Origin: Candidatus Kapaibacterium sp.
Lineage (GTDB): Bacteria; Bacteroidota; Ignavibacteria; Kapaibacteriales; UBA4661
Direction of reading: 5' to 3'
Assembly: GCA_025358765.1 (NCBI GenBank)
Contig: JANYIG010000093.1
Span: forward strand, 65,355 to 129,354
DNA length: 64,000 nucleotides
Under the pieces are notes generated by a model. It did no database searches and had not been told where the DNA came from. It was given only the letters and a program-made list of their open reading frames with translations. This document shows, piece after piece, positions 19,690-30,542 of this stretch (the stretch's first letter is position 1; each line of letters opens with the position of its first letter). Made by a program: the position numbers and the translations under genes.

Positions 19690-19770
19690 CAGAGCAGAAC
19701 CCCTCCCAAAGGGCCGAGGGCTTCGGATATTGCTCCTTCTCCTCTGGGAGAAGGCGGGGGATGAGGGTTA
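19690..19770. repeat. Diverged copy of the MITE-like hairpin element
   Basis: It shares gagggcttc, ctccttctcc, tgggagaagg and gggatgaggg blocks with 4981..5101. The termini are not conserved. Confidence 0.5.
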
Positions 19771-20118
19771 GAAACAGTAATTGGAGTCTGCGAAGATAGA
19801 AGATTAGCGGGATAAATCCGTGTTTTCTTGCAATAGCGTGTCACGACGGACGCTCTATGATGTTTTTGGTAAACGCGCTGTGTTAAAAGGCATTTTCTTC
19901 GTATTTTCCGATGAAGTTGTTTAAAGTTTTTTACCGCAGAGGCACAGAGGGCGCAGAGAATCAAGGTTCAAAAAAATAGAGGTTCAAAAAAGAAAGATTG
20001 TCAACTTTCTCCGCTTCTGCTTCTTTGCACCCCTACGGTCAAATCTTAAAAATAGCAAACAAGTTCTTTATCAACAACCCGTATTTCAATTTTTGATTAC
20101 CGCACACAAGCATTTGTT

Positions 20119-20628
20119 ATGAATATCCTCAACGGTTCCGCCAAGGCGACGAACGCGACCGAAACCACAAACGATGTGAATCTTGACCACCTCAAAGAAC
20201 AGTTTGCAGCGTTTCTCAAGCAAAAAAACTACCGCAACACGCAAGAGCGTTATTTGGTTTTGGATAATATCGTCCAATTTGAAGCACATTTTAGTGCCGA
20301 CGAGTTGTATCTTGCCATGCGGATAGCAGGTGTGAATGTATCAAGGGCAACGATTTACTCCACGCTCGACCTACTCACCAAGTGCAATATCCTGATGAAA
20401 CATCGGTTTCAAGGCGATAGTGCCCACTTCGAGCTTGCCGACAAAATGCCTAACCACGACCACTTGATTTGCACGGAATGCGGTCATATCGTGGAATTTC
20501 AAGAAGAATCGCTTAATAAAATCAGCGACGACATCGGCAAACAGCTTGGCTTCAAACCCCTCAAACACTCGCTTCAAGTCTTTGCTGTTTGCAACGACAT
20601 CCGCAACTGCGAACACAATAAGTCGTAA
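20119..20628 (+). CDS. fur: Fur-family metal-uptake transcriptional regulator
   Basis: 169 aa. The metal-site motifs HDHLICTECGHIVEF and HSLQVFAVC(NDIRNC)EH are present. Confidence 0.85.
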   Translation: MNILNGSAKATNATETTNDVNLDHLKEQFAAFLKQKNYRNTQERYLVLDNIVQFEAHFSADELYLAMRIAGVNVSRATIYSTLDLLTKCNILMKHRFQGDSAHFELADKMPNHDHLICTECGHIVEFQEESLNKISDDIGKQLGFKPLKHSLQVFAVCNDIRNCEHNKS

Positions 20629-20703
20629 ATGTGGAAACCTTATGGTTAAAAGCCGGAAGAATTTTTGTAATTTTACGGTCTTGTCGTATCTTTACGTCAT
20701 ATT

Positions 20704-21672
20704 ATGACCCTGAGCGAAATAAGCAAGCCCATTGAACGATACATTAGCGAGTTTGAAGAAGTCTTTAAACACCAAATGAAATCCAACGTTCTGTTGTTAG
20801 ATACCGTTGTTCGGTATATGATGAAGCAGCGTGGGAAGCGTGTTCGTCCGATGTTGGTGCTGCTCAGTGCTGCGGTGTGCGGTGAGGTTAGCCGCCGCAC
20901 GTATGTTGGGGCAAGTATGGTAGAACTCCTGCATACGGCATCGCTTGTACACGACGACGTGGTAGATGAAGCTGATGAGCGGCGTGGCATGGCATCTATC
21001 AACGCAATTTGGAAAAACAAGATAGCAGTGCTGGTTGGTGATTATTTGCTTTCGCGGGGATTGTTGGTGGCGGTAGAAAACAGCGAGTTCGAGTTTTTGC
21101 GGATTACGAGCAATGCCGTGAAGCGGATGAGTGAAGGCGAATTGCTTCAAATCCAGAAATCACGCCAGCTCGACATTGACGAAGCTACATACTTTCGCAT
21201 TATTGGCGACAAAACAGCATCGTTGATTTCTACGTGTTGCGAAATTGGTGCTACGAGCGCTTCCGAAGTGCCTGAACATAGGGCGGCTTTACGTGATTAT
21301 GGTGAAATTGTGGGTTGTGTGTTCCAAATTCGGGATGACATTTTCGATTACACCAGTAGTAACCTCATCGGCAAGCCAACGGGCAATGATGTGAAAGAGA
21401 AAAAACTTACGCTGCCGTTGATTTACGCCTTTTCGCAGGCAACAAAAAAAGAATCAAAAGCAATTTTAAAAGTAATTAAAAACGGTGCGAAAAACGCCGA
21501 GGTTCGAGAAGTCGTCACATTTGTCCGCTCCTACGGTGGACTTGATTACGCTGAAAAAAAAGCACAATCATTGATTGAAGAGGCAAAACAACGTCTTGAT
21601 ATTTTTGACAATTCGTCGGCAAAAATTTCTTTGCTAAATTTTGCTGATTTTTCGCTCCAACGCTCGACGTAG
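20704..21672 (+). CDS. Polyprenyl diphosphate synthase (trans-isoprenyl diphosphate synthase family)
   Basis: The first DDxxD motif is LVHDDVVDE and the second is IRDDIFDY. The length is 322 aa. Confidence 0.85.
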   Translation: MTLSEISKPIERYISEFEEVFKHQMKSNVLLLDTVVRYMMKQRGKRVRPMLVLLSAAVCGEVSRRTYVGASMVELLHTASLVHDDVVDEADERRGMASINAIWKNKIAVLVGDYLLSRGLLVAVENSEFEFLRITSNAVKRMSEGELLQIQKSRQLDIDEATYFRIIGDKTASLISTCCEIGATSASEVPEHRAALRDYGEIVGCVFQIRDDIFDYTSSNLIGKPTGNDVKEKKLTLPLIYAFSQATKKESKAILKVIKNGAKNAEVREVVTFVRSYGGLDYAEKKAQSLIEEAKQRLDIFDNSSAKISLLNFADFSLQRST

Positions 21673-21826
21673 AACCATTCGGTATAGAATAAGAAAAGTT
21701 TTGGGACTATTGTTTTACGATTTGAATTTGCGCCCCTCCTTATTTCGCCAATTCAACACGTACTACGGAAATCTCAAAATTCAACAAAATCCTCCCTTGT
21801 TTTCAGCAGCATAAACGAGAATTTGT

Positions 21827-22969
21827 ATGAACGTTTCCGCAACTTTTGCACTCGAAGCGCAACAGTGCTTGGAGCGTGGCGATGCCGCCGCCGCTATAGC
21901 ACTTTGCCGCACTGGACTTGCCAAGTATCCGCATTACGTCACGGCGTATTTGGTGCTTGCCCGCGCCCATATGGCAACAGGTGATTATGATTCCGCCGAC
22001 AAAGCCATTCAGCATGGTATTCAGACCACTCCTCGTACTCGTAGCTTCAGTACACTCCGACGACAATTTTCCCCGGCAATTTCCTCAGCCAGCATGTATG
22101 TTGTGCCGGATGTTCTCCGCGAAGTCGTTGAACGCGAGGTCGCAACGCCTTTCGTTGACACCCTTTCGGACGGAACGCTTGCAACGGGACTTGCTTCAGC
22201 TGGCTTAGTAGCCGCTGCCGCACTGAAATCGCTTGAAACAGAGCCGGAAGAGATTGACGTACCGTCGGCAGCAGAAAAGATTGTTACCGAGCAAAAGCAG
22301 CCCGCCATCGTTAGTGTACCTGAAGAGCAATCATTTAGTAAACGCACAATTGGTGGTTATTTACAAATTATCGAGCCGCTCGGCAAAGCTGCACCTAAAA
22401 GTTCTTTGAGAAGTAATAATATCCGTTTGATACCGGGTTTAGAATTTACTTCGTTGCGTATGGAATCTGGTTCACTTGGCAGGCATCCGTCGTATCGCCG
22501 CACGTATTCATTGCCGGAACTGCCCACCACACGTGGCTTTGAGATTCCTTTCGACGATCAACAAAGTGTATTCGCTGTTTCTCGCTATTCGGTCAACGAT
22601 ATTGCCGATGAACATCCGCCTCATTCCGGCGCAGATACAACCACGCAAGAATTGGATGACTTGGCAGAACGTCTTTCGACGGTACAAATGCCATCGGTCA
22701 ACGAATTGTTGGAGCGCGAGAGCGATACAGAGCCACCCGCAGCCGTTGTTGCAGCTTTAGACGAAACGCCACGTATTGCGAAGGCTCTTGTTAGCGAAAC
22801 AATGGCGAATATCTATGTCATGCAGGGCGCATATTCACAGGCGCTTGAGGCATATCAAGCATTGATGGATGTTACAGATGATGCCGTAAAAAACGCTTCT
22901 CTGAGAAAAAAAATAGAGCAGGTGCAATCCAAACTTATCGAAGAAGCGAATGCCAAGCGGACAAGTTAA
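21827..22969 (+). CDS. Tetratricopeptide-repeat protein with a disordered central region
   Basis: TPR-like helices occur at the N-terminus (GDAAAAIALCRTGLAKYPHYVTAYLVLARAHMATGDYDSA) and at the C-terminus (MANIYVMQGAYSQALEAYQALMDV). Confidence 0.6.
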   Translation: MNVSATFALEAQQCLERGDAAAAIALCRTGLAKYPHYVTAYLVLARAHMATGDYDSADKAIQHGIQTTPRTRSFSTLRRQFSPAISSASMYVVPDVLREVVEREVATPFVDTLSDGTLATGLASAGLVAAAALKSLETEPEEIDVPSAAEKIVTEQKQPAIVSVPEEQSFSKRTIGGYLQIIEPLGKAAPKSSLRSNNIRLIPGLEFTSLRMESGSLGRHPSYRRTYSLPELPTTRGFEIPFDDQQSVFAVSRYSVNDIADEHPPHSGADTTTQELDDLAERLSTVQMPSVNELLERESDTEPPAAVVAALDETPRIAKALVSETMANIYVMQGAYSQALEAYQALMDVTDDAVKNASLRKKIEQVQSKLIEEANAKRTS

Positions 22970-23050
22970 TGTATTCTTTAATGTATTCTCTGTCAAATAA
23001 TTAGTGACACTTAGTGTCAAATATTACGGACATCTCTTGCTTAAAATGAA

Positions 23051-23081
23051 CCTGTCAAATTTCGATTTGGCAGGTTTTTTA
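23051..23081 (+). terminator. Rho-independent terminator after the TPR gene
   Basis: The hairpin is cctgtcaaatttcgatttggcagg, followed by ttttttat. Confidence 0.6.
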
Positions 23082-23124
23082 TTTGTGAGTATCTTTTCCT
23101 CAAATCATTATCGCACGAGTTCAG

Positions 23125-23377
23125 TACCGAACGCTTTGCGGTACGATGAGCGCAGAGTCAGGGAGCCACGTACCCGTGGGGAGAGTTTGAAAATAAAATT
23201 TTTTAGTTCTCATTGGTTTCCGTTGGAAAAACCAGTTTTTAGGAGAAAAAAATTGCGGCAATGAACGATGGACCGTCATTCCAACGAAAACCAATGAGAA
23301 TCTTTTTTCTGCCGTGTAGATTCTCTGTGCTCTCTTGACGGTCTCCGTCAGCCTCTGCGCTCAAATCCGTTCGGTAC
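23125..23377. repeat. Intergenic GCGCAGAG-type repeat element, long (253 bp) version, with GTACCGAACG terminal inverted repeats and an internal inverted repeat
   Basis: The ends match 14180..14326 in inverted orientation. The internal inverted repeat is agttctcattggtttccgttggaa versus ttccaacgaaaaccaatgagaatct. The 86-aa ORF 23004..23264 inside it is not considered real. Confidence 0.7.
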
Positions 23378-23665
23378 TAAAAAATCGCACGAGTAATTGT
23401 ACAAAGCACTAAAGGATTATCACTTTGTAACAATATTGTCTCAAAACTGAACAGCAGTGCTGGATAGAGTACCTGCCATAAGCATAGCAGAGGGATATTT
23501 TTTTTATTGTCATGGACACAAAACCCTGATAAAAACCCATGTTGAGAGACTGTAACCCTCTATGGAGCTTGACGTTCCGAGACTGGTACGATTCTTGACA
23601 GTAGAATCTCAGAGTAGAATAGATTTTCGTATCAAGAAAAACACGTATCACTTACTTTTACCATA

Positions 23666-26218
23666 ATGCGTAGCATATACCATTCTTTTTGCACCACCGC
23701 TTCTTCCTGCTTCACCATGATGGCAGTTGCGATGTTGGTTGCGGTTTCACCATTCACCGCGTTGCGGCTTGCAGCACAGGCTATCACAGCGCCAGAGCAA
23801 GATTGCGTCGGGGCGCTTCCCATTGCTGATAGCGTGTTTATTCAACCGAACTCCTATCGTGGTTTTGGAAAAATCAACGAACTTGGATTGTCGTGTATCG
23901 GCGTGGAGCGTAATTCGGCGTGGTACAAAGTGACTGCCCAGGCAGATGGGCAGCTTGGGTTCGAGCTTATTCCGAATAACCCAAGAGATGACTATGATTG
24001 GTCGGTCTTTTTAATACCTCCAGGACGAACCTGTGCAGATATCGCCGCCGGTGCGGTTCCAGAGGTAAGCTGCAATTTTTCCACGATGCCTGGGAATACA
24101 GGAGCAAACGGCGCGGGTGCGGGGAATAAACAAGACAGCAAAGGTTCACCATTTAATGCGACGATTTCCGTTCGTGCTGGCGAAACATATTATATCGTCA
24201 TCACGAACTATATTGTGAACACTATTGCGAATACTGCTGGCTATCAATTACGATTTACGTCATCCTCGAAAGGCGTTATTGGAACTGGAGTAACCGGTGC
24301 TACAGTTATTCCTTCAGGCGCACCGTCGCCACGGATAGTATCGCTTACCGTTGACCAAGGCACATGTTCTGTGCAAAACCTAAACGTGTTGTTTTCCGAA
24401 TACATGAAGTGTAATTCAATTATACCAGATGATTTTACGATTACAGGTGCCGATGGTGCAAAATATCCCGTTACTGAGGTATTCTCGAGTCGCATGGAGC
24501 GTTCGACGGATAATTTCGACACTCTTTTTACACTCACGTTTGCCAATCCTATCTTACAATCAGGTGTCTATAAATTTGCTGTCACAGGCACGGTAAATAC
24601 CCTTAGCGGTATTCCATTCCCAACTGCCAGCACAACATTGACTATCAATCTCCCCAACATCAACCCGAGCATCACGGGAGCTACAGTATTCTGTGCGAAT
24701 GGCAATACGTCGTTGGATGCAGGCGGGGGTTATCTGTCGTATCAGTGGTACAAAGGTCTAACAGGCAATGTGTTGGTCGGCAACGGGCAATCGTTGTTTG
24801 TAACGGAGCCAGATGTTTATACAGTTATCGTCCGCGATAAAAGTGGTTGTTCGGGACGGTCATCTATTAGTACGCGCCATCGCACAGATAGGCTGCCGGT
24901 GAATATCGGCGGATTCCGTTATATGTGTGGAAGCGGTCCCGCGCTGCTGGATGCTGGCGATGGCTACAAAATTTATCAATGGTCAACAGGCGATTCCACG
25001 CGCTTTATTACTGTCAAAAAGCCCGGAACCTATACCGTAAACGTTCTGGACGTTCAAGGCTGTTCTGGTACGTCAACAGCAGTTGTGACGCTGCTTACGA
25101 GCATCACGCCTCGTATAACAGGAGCCTCGCAATTCTGTCAGGGCGATACAATATGGCTGTATGCTGGTGAATACGCCACCTATGAATGGTATTACGAGGG
25201 CGCATTGATGAAAGACTTACAATGGTCGTACGTTCCTGTTACCAAGCCCGGCACGTACAAAGTGCGCGTAGCAACAAATGGCTGTACAGCTGAATCTGCG
25301 CCATTTGTCCTCAAAATGAATCTTCTGCCCGCCAAACCGATAGTGAATATCAACGGGAATATCTGCACCGCACCACTTGCGGCATCATACCAATGGAACA
25401 AGGTGATTGGGCAAACGCACATTCCAATTCCGCAGGCAAATGACCGCACATTCTCACCGACACAGATAACGGGTTTGTACTCCGTGACCGTTCGGGATAC
25501 AAATAGTTGTGCCTCCCGTTCAGATTCTCTTTTCTTCGTTCATGTGGACGGCGATGCGGAACTGGAAGTCGGCACGGTAACAGCCGAGCAGGGTAAATTG
25601 GTGGACATCCCGATCTATCTCCGCAAAAACCGTAATGTGTCACAAACAGGTGCTACGCAGTTTTCTGTAATGTTGCGCTGCAATCAAAGTTTGCTTGTTC
25701 CCGAAGATCGCCGTATTACCGAAAATACAGTTGCTCGTGGTGAACGTTTTGTAAAATTGACATTGCCCGTTCAGCCAATAGACCCACAAACAGGGCTTTT
25801 AGATAAATTCACCTTCCGCGCACAATCTGGTAGCACAAGTTCCACGTTGTTAGTATTAGAAAACGCTGTTTCATTGCCGCTTGGTAGTGGTGTGGTGACA
25901 ACAACAATCAATGGGAAATTCTCACTAACGGGATTTTACGTCGTTGTTACATCCGCAGCACTTGTTCTTGAGTCGCATCCGAATCCTGTAACCGATGAAC
26001 TTACGTGCGTATTTTCCGTGCCTGAAAATGACACTATTTCGCTTACTATTGTTGATGTAATGGGCAATACGGTGAAAAGTTTGCTGACGAACGAGCGTGT
26101 CCTTGCTGGAGCTAATACGATTACGGTAAATGTCAGCAATTTAGAAAAAGGCACATATTTTGTTGTGATACGCAGTAGTAAACAACGTATCGCTTCAGGA
26201 TTTACCGTCATGCGGTAA
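23666..26218 (+). CDS. Large secreted adhesin-like T9SS cargo protein with four SprB-like Ig-fold repeats and a type-A Por C-terminal sorting domain
   Basis: There are four 60-70 aa repeats of the pattern C.G..L.AG.GY..YQW..G....t..v..pGtYtV.v.D..GCsg.S. The C-terminus is LTCVFSVPENDTISLTIVDVMGNTVKSL...GTYFVVIRSSKQRIASGFTVMR. A signal peptide lies around M18 (23717). Confidence 0.7.
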   Translation: MRSIYHSFCTTASSCFTMMAVAMLVAVSPFTALRLAAQAITAPEQDCVGALPIADSVFIQPNSYRGFGKINELGLSCIGVERNSAWYKVTAQADGQLGFELIPNNPRDDYDWSVFLIPPGRTCADIAAGAVPEVSCNFSTMPGNTGANGAGAGNKQDSKGSPFNATISVRAGETYYIVITNYIVNTIANTAGYQLRFTSSSKGVIGTGVTGATVIPSGAPSPRIVSLTVDQGTCSVQNLNVLFSEYMKCNSIIPDDFTITGADGAKYPVTEVFSSRMERSTDNFDTLFTLTFANPILQSGVYKFAVTGTVNTLSGIPFPTASTTLTINLPNINPSITGATVFCANGNTSLDAGGGYLSYQWYKGLTGNVLVGNGQSLFVTEPDVYTVIVRDKSGCSGRSSISTRHRTDRLPVNIGGFRYMCGSGPALLDAGDGYKIYQWSTGDSTRFITVKKPGTYTVNVLDVQGCSGTSTAVVTLLTSITPRITGASQFCQGDTIWLYAGEYATYEWYYEGALMKDLQWSYVPVTKPGTYKVRVATNGCTAESAPFVLKMNLLPAKPIVNINGNICTAPLAASYQWNKVIGQTHIPIPQANDRTFSPTQITGLYSVTVRDTNSCASRSDSLFFVHVDGDAELEVGTVTAEQGKLVDIPIYLRKNRNVSQTGATQFSVMLRCNQSLLVPEDRRITENTVARGERFVKLTLPVQPIDPQTGLLDKFTFRAQSGSTSSTLLVLENAVSLPLGSGVVTTTINGKFSLTGFYVVVTSAALVLESHPNPVTDELTCVFSVPENDTISLTIVDVMGNTVKSLLTNERVLAGANTITVNVSNLEKGTYFVVIRSSKQRIASGFTVMR

Positions 26219-26235
26219 TAAGCCGCACAAACACT

Positions 26236-28404
26236 ATGAGTATCGGTCATCAGACATTGACAGCATTCGCATTGATGGCACTAAAAATGCGTAAAGTAGC
26301 TATACAGTCTTTAAGCATACCATCTTCAAGCATACAAACTACAAGAAAGAGCAATCCTACGGGGTTGCTTCTTCTGTTTTACATCCTGACGCAATGCGTG
26401 AGTTTGATGCAAACGCAAAGCAGTTTTGCTCAAACGGCAGCCGAATTAGAACCGCGTTGGGGCGTATTTGGTCAGTACAGTCGCAATCAACATGTTGCGG
26501 ATTTTATAGGCTTGCCTGGATTCATCAGCACATCGCCTGGGTACAAAGAGGGGCAGGGCAGCGGTTGGAGCGCCGGAATGCTTTACGAAGTACCGTTCAA
26601 CGAACGATTGAGTGCGTCACTTCGTTTCGGCTATGCCGTGCAAAGTGCTGTGCTGCGCCAAACGCGCGATGTCTCGTTGGTGGATGCGAAAGGGATGCAA
26701 ATTCAGGGCGGTTTTATTGACTATAGCATTGATGCACGGTTAGCATCAATCGGCGCTGAGGTGCTGTTTGGTTGGAAACCGTTTCGTTTCCCGTTTAGTG
26801 GTTTGAATGGTCTTACGCTGATGGCGGGCGGGCGGGCGGGATGGTTGGTGACGAACAGGTTTAGCCAAAGCGAACGCCTCGTGGAGCCAACCGGAACCGT
26901 AAGATTCCCCGACGGCACAACCAGCCAAAATGTTTATACTAATGAAGCTATTCCTAATATTACACAGTTGCAAATTGCCCTTATCGGCGGTATTGGCTAC
27001 GATATTCCAATCACGCTTTCCGAAACTGAAACACTCGTGGTGACACCGGAAGCGCTCTACGCATACGGTATAACGCCGATTGCAAAGAATATGTCGTGGA
27101 ACGTTCATAGTATTCGTGCGGGATTGTCCGTGAAGTTTATTAGTACCCCTGAACGCTCAATGTCGCTTCCTGCCAGCGTTCGTACTGCCGCTACATCAAC
27201 GCTCAACACGCAGATTCAAGCGTTTGCCACCGATACCGAAGCGCCTGTGAGCCTGCTCCGCGTGGAAGAATTTGCCACGAAGCAGATGATTCCTTTATTA
27301 CATTACGTGTTTTTTGACCAGAATTCGGCAGCACTTCCGAAGCGCTATGCACGGCTTTTGCCTTCGGAAGCCGCATCGTTCAACGAACGGGGCTTGAACA
27401 TCCTCAATAGTAGTGATGCACTTGAAACCTATTACCACGTGTTGAACATCATCGGAAGGCGCTTGCAGCAAAGCGCGTCTTCAACACTAACGCTGGTGGG
27501 CTGTCACGATGCAACATCTTCCGCATTTGCTGAAACGCCCGATTCTACGCTTGCTCGCCGTCGTGCAGAGACCATTCAAGAATATTTGCGGACGGTGTGG
27601 AATATTGCATCGGAGCGGATAAAAATTAGAACCCGTGACCTGCCTGAACGCCGCTCAACCGCCCCTGACCAGCTTTCCAGAGTGGAAGAAAACCGCCGCG
27701 TGGAATTTGTCTCGAACGATGCGGCAATTCTAAAGCCTATTGTACTTGAGGATACCATGCGTGTTACAACGCCATCATCGCTCACGTTCCGCTTCAATAC
27801 GGTCGCGCAGGCAGGTCTGGCGAAATGGGCATTCAAGGCGAATCAAGGCGGGCGCAGCCTGAAACGTGTCGCTGCACTCGGAGCACCGGATTCGGTGCTG
27901 GTGTGGAATTTGAATACGGATCAAAGCTCCATACCCCGTACCGAAGGTGCCTTAGGTTACACGCTCGACGTGCTTGACAATGGCGAACAGCCGTCGCAAG
28001 CGACAGGTTCGGTTCCGGTGGAACTTGTATCGGTGCAAAAAAAACGTCGCCGTTCTGGAAATGATAGGGAAGTTGGTATTTATCGCATTCTCACGTTAGA
28101 GCGTGAATTACCCGACCTCAGCCGCGACAATCTCCGCCTGATAGACGAATATGTGAAGCCAACGATGACGGCAGAATCTATGGTGACGGTTGTGGGCTAC
28201 ACCGACATGCTAGGTATGTTTAAGGCAAACCAGCAAATTGCCGAAAAACGTGCTCAAGAAGCTGCCAAGCGACTTGCGGGCGTTATCACAAAAATCACGG
28301 CAACAGGCATCGGTAGCACAATCCAACTGTACCCAAACACAACCCCCGAAGGGCGCTTCTACTCTCGCTCGTTGGAAATTCGTGTGGAAACGCCTGTTTG
28401 GTAG
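26236..28404 (+). CDS. OmpA-family outer-membrane protein with an N-terminal beta-barrel-like region and two OmpA-like domains. The start could be the ATG at 26287.
   Basis: The signal peptide is ...LMQTQSSFAQT. The middle domain is TLVGCHDATSS...ARRRAETIQEYL...NRRVEF. The C-terminal domain is VVGYTDMLGMFKANQQIAEKRAQEAAKRL...RSLEIRVE, an OmpA/MotB-like pattern. Confidence 0.65.
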   Translation: MSIGHQTLTAFALMALKMRKVAIQSLSIPSSSIQTTRKSNPTGLLLLFYILTQCVSLMQTQSSFAQTAAELEPRWGVFGQYSRNQHVADFIGLPGFISTSPGYKEGQGSGWSAGMLYEVPFNERLSASLRFGYAVQSAVLRQTRDVSLVDAKGMQIQGGFIDYSIDARLASIGAEVLFGWKPFRFPFSGLNGLTLMAGGRAGWLVTNRFSQSERLVEPTGTVRFPDGTTSQNVYTNEAIPNITQLQIALIGGIGYDIPITLSETETLVVTPEALYAYGITPIAKNMSWNVHSIRAGLSVKFISTPERSMSLPASVRTAATSTLNTQIQAFATDTEAPVSLLRVEEFATKQMIPLLHYVFFDQNSAALPKRYARLLPSEAASFNERGLNILNSSDALETYYHVLNIIGRRLQQSASSTLTLVGCHDATSSAFAETPDSTLARRRAETIQEYLRTVWNIASERIKIRTRDLPERRSTAPDQLSRVEENRRVEFVSNDAAILKPIVLEDTMRVTTPSSLTFRFNTVAQAGLAKWAFKANQGGRSLKRVAALGAPDSVLVWNLNTDQSSIPRTEGALGYTLDVLDNGEQPSQATGSVPVELVSVQKKRRRSGNDREVGIYRILTLERELPDLSRDNLRLIDEYVKPTMTAESMVTVVGYTDMLGMFKANQQIAEKRAQEAAKRLAGVITKITATGIGSTIQLYPNTTPEGRFYSRSLEIRVETPVW

Positions 28405-28649
28405 AGATTAGTGATGCCACTAATTAGTGATGCACAAGCGGAAGTTCGCGGACGCAACCAGTCCTTGTTGAACTTCCGTTCGCACACCAATTTGATACCT
28501 TTCATTGTCAGGTTACTGGAAGCCGCTACACCCCCTGCGGTAATGAAGCCGTTTGTAGAGCTGCCATCTGTGTTCCTGTGGTTTGATTTCCAAGCTGTGT
28601 AGTAAGAATTTTAGGGCTTTTACGAACAACCCGCAGTCAATAATTTACT

Positions 28650-29396
28650 TTAGCGCAGCATCTCGCTATACACGGGCTTTGAGGCGTAAAGAATCACATC
28701 TTCCACCCCTGCTTGCTGGAAACCACGCAGCCGCAGCGCACACGAATCACACACGCCGCAAGCAGCATCTTCACGCTGGTAGCAGCTCCACGTCAGGTGG
28801 AGCGGTGCGCCGAGCGACGTACCTTTTTGTACAATTTCCCGTTTCGAGAACGTAATGACGGGTGTTTTAATAATGATGCGGGTTTCAGGTTTTGTCCCTG
28901 TGTCTATGACCCTTTGGAACGCATCGTAAAATTCCTTCCGGCAATCGGGATAGCCGCTTCCATCTTCCTCCACAGCCCCGATGTAGAGGGCTGTTGCGCC
29001 CAATACCTCTGCCCAACTCGTAGCAATCGAGAGGATGTTTGCATTGCGGAATGGAACATAGCTGGTGGGAATGTCCTTCGTTGCCAAATCCGCTTCTGAA
29101 ACGCTTATCGTGCGGTCGGTAAGGCTGGAACCTCCGATCACTGCGAAATGCGAGACATCCACAACCAATCGTTTTGTAATATTGTAAAAATCAGCTACGG
29201 CGTGAAATGATTTCAGTTCACGGGCTTGGGTTTTTTGTCCGTAATTCAAATGTAAAGCCGCAAGTTCGTAGCCCTCATTATGAGCAATGGCAGCGCATAC
29301 AGCCGAATCCATCCCGCCACTTAATAGCACAATGGCGACGGATTTTGTGGGTAACGTTGAAGCAGACTTTTCAGAAGGATTGACGGCGCGTTTCAT
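28650..29396 (-). CDS. queC: 7-cyano-7-deazaguanine synthase
   Basis: The PP-loop is [11 protein letters not shown]. The C-terminal zinc cluster is [10 protein letters not shown]. The length is 248 aa. Confidence 0.9.
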   Translation of the reverse strand: MKRAVNPSEKSASTLPTKSVAIVLLSGGMDSAVCAAIAHNEGYELAALHLNYGQKTQARELKSFHAVADFYNITKRLVVDVSHFAVIGGSSLTDRTISVSEADLATKDIPTSYVPFRNANILSIATSWAEVLGATALYIGAVEEDGSGYPDCRKEFYDAFQRVIDTGTKPETRIIIKTPVITFSKREIVQKGTSLGAPLHLTWSCYQREDAACGVCDSCALRLRGFQQAGVEDVILYASKPVYSEMLR

Positions 29397-29467
29397 TCAT
29401 CTTCGTAATTCGTGGGTAATTTCGTATTTTTACAAACTTACCATATTCTAAGCATAATTCAGACACC

Positions 29468-30520
29468 ATGAAGATCGGTCACGTAGAAGTAGAACGCGGC
29501 GTGTTGCTCGCGCCGATGGAAGACATTAGCGATATGCCGTTTCGCGTTGTTTGCAAGCGGCTTGGCGCGGACATCGTTTATACGGAATTTATTTCCAGCG
29601 AAGGCTTGATTCGTGACGCACGGCGTTCGCTCCAAAAGCTCACGATTGCACCTGATGAGCGTCCGGTAGCAATTCAGATTTTCGGCGGCAATGTTGACGT
29701 GATGAAGGAAGCGGCGCTGATAGCCGAAGAAGCAAAACCGGATTTTCTGGACATTAATTGCGGGTGTTGGGTGAAAAACGTCGTTGCTCGCGCAGCAGGT
29801 GCAGCACTGCTTCGGGAGCCAGACACGATGGTGACTATGGCGAAAGCACTCGTGGATACGGTACAATTGCCCGTAACGGTAAAAACGCGACTCGGTTGGG
29901 ATAAAGATTCCATCATCATCGTAGAGCTTGCCAAACGCCTTGAACAAGAGGCGGGCATTGCTGCGCTGACAATTCATTGCCGTACCCGCGAAATGGGTCA
30001 CAATGGCAGTGCTGATTGGGCGTGGGTGGAAAAAGTGAAGCACGCTGTTTCGATTCCTGTGATTTTGAACGGTGACGTGAACACGCCGCAGGATGCCAAA
30101 ACCGCCTTTGACCAAACTGGTTGTGATGCGGTAATGATTGGGCGCACGGCTGTCAGCAATCCGTTTATTTTCCGCCAGGTGCAGACGTATTTAAAAACGG
30201 GTATCGAAGAACCACCACCAACCGTTAAAGAGCGTATTGACTTGTGTTTGGAGCATTTACGATGGTCGGTGCAATACAAAAATGAAGCATTGGCGGTACG
30301 GGAGTTTAGAAAATTTTATGCGGGATACCTGAAAGGTCTGTTTGCGGCATCAGAAGCACGGCGCGACCTTGTACGCTACGACACTTACGAAGAAGTCCAA
30401 GAGCGACTTTACCAATTTTATGAATTTCTCCTTACACGTGGCGGCGAGGCATACACAATGCCCTCTGCATCAACAGCGCACGAATCCGCGCTTGCAACAC
30501 TTGTAACAATGGAAGAATGA
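29468..30520 (+). CDS. tRNA-dihydrouridine synthase (DusB-like)
   Basis: 350 aa. The N-terminus ([34 protein letters not shown]) and the TIM-barrel FMN-binding pattern fit the Dus family. Confidence 0.85.
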   Translation: MKIGHVEVERGVLLAPMEDISDMPFRVVCKRLGADIVYTEFISSEGLIRDARRSLQKLTIAPDERPVAIQIFGGNVDVMKEAALIAEEAKPDFLDINCGCWVKNVVARAAGAALLREPDTMVTMAKALVDTVQLPVTVKTRLGWDKDSIIIVELAKRLEQEAGIAALTIHCRTREMGHNGSADWAWVEKVKHAVSIPVILNGDVNTPQDAKTAFDQTGCDAVMIGRTAVSNPFIFRQVQTYLKTGIEEPPPTVKERIDLCLEHLRWSVQYKNEALAVREFRKFYAGYLKGLFAASEARRDLVRYDTYEEVQERLYQFYEFLLTRGGEAYTMPSASTAHESALATLVTMEE

Positions 30521-30542
30521 ACTTTTATGACTTATCATTTTC

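Noticed and set aside
23004-23264. 86-aa ORF inside the 253-bp repeat element
   Set aside because: It lies wholly within the non-coding repeat with internal inverted repeats, is low-complexity, and has no RBS.
28405-28649. Intergenic region downstream of queC with the short direct repeat taattagtgatgc x2
   Set aside because: It is too short and isolated to interpret, and no convincing hairpin with a T-tract was seen.
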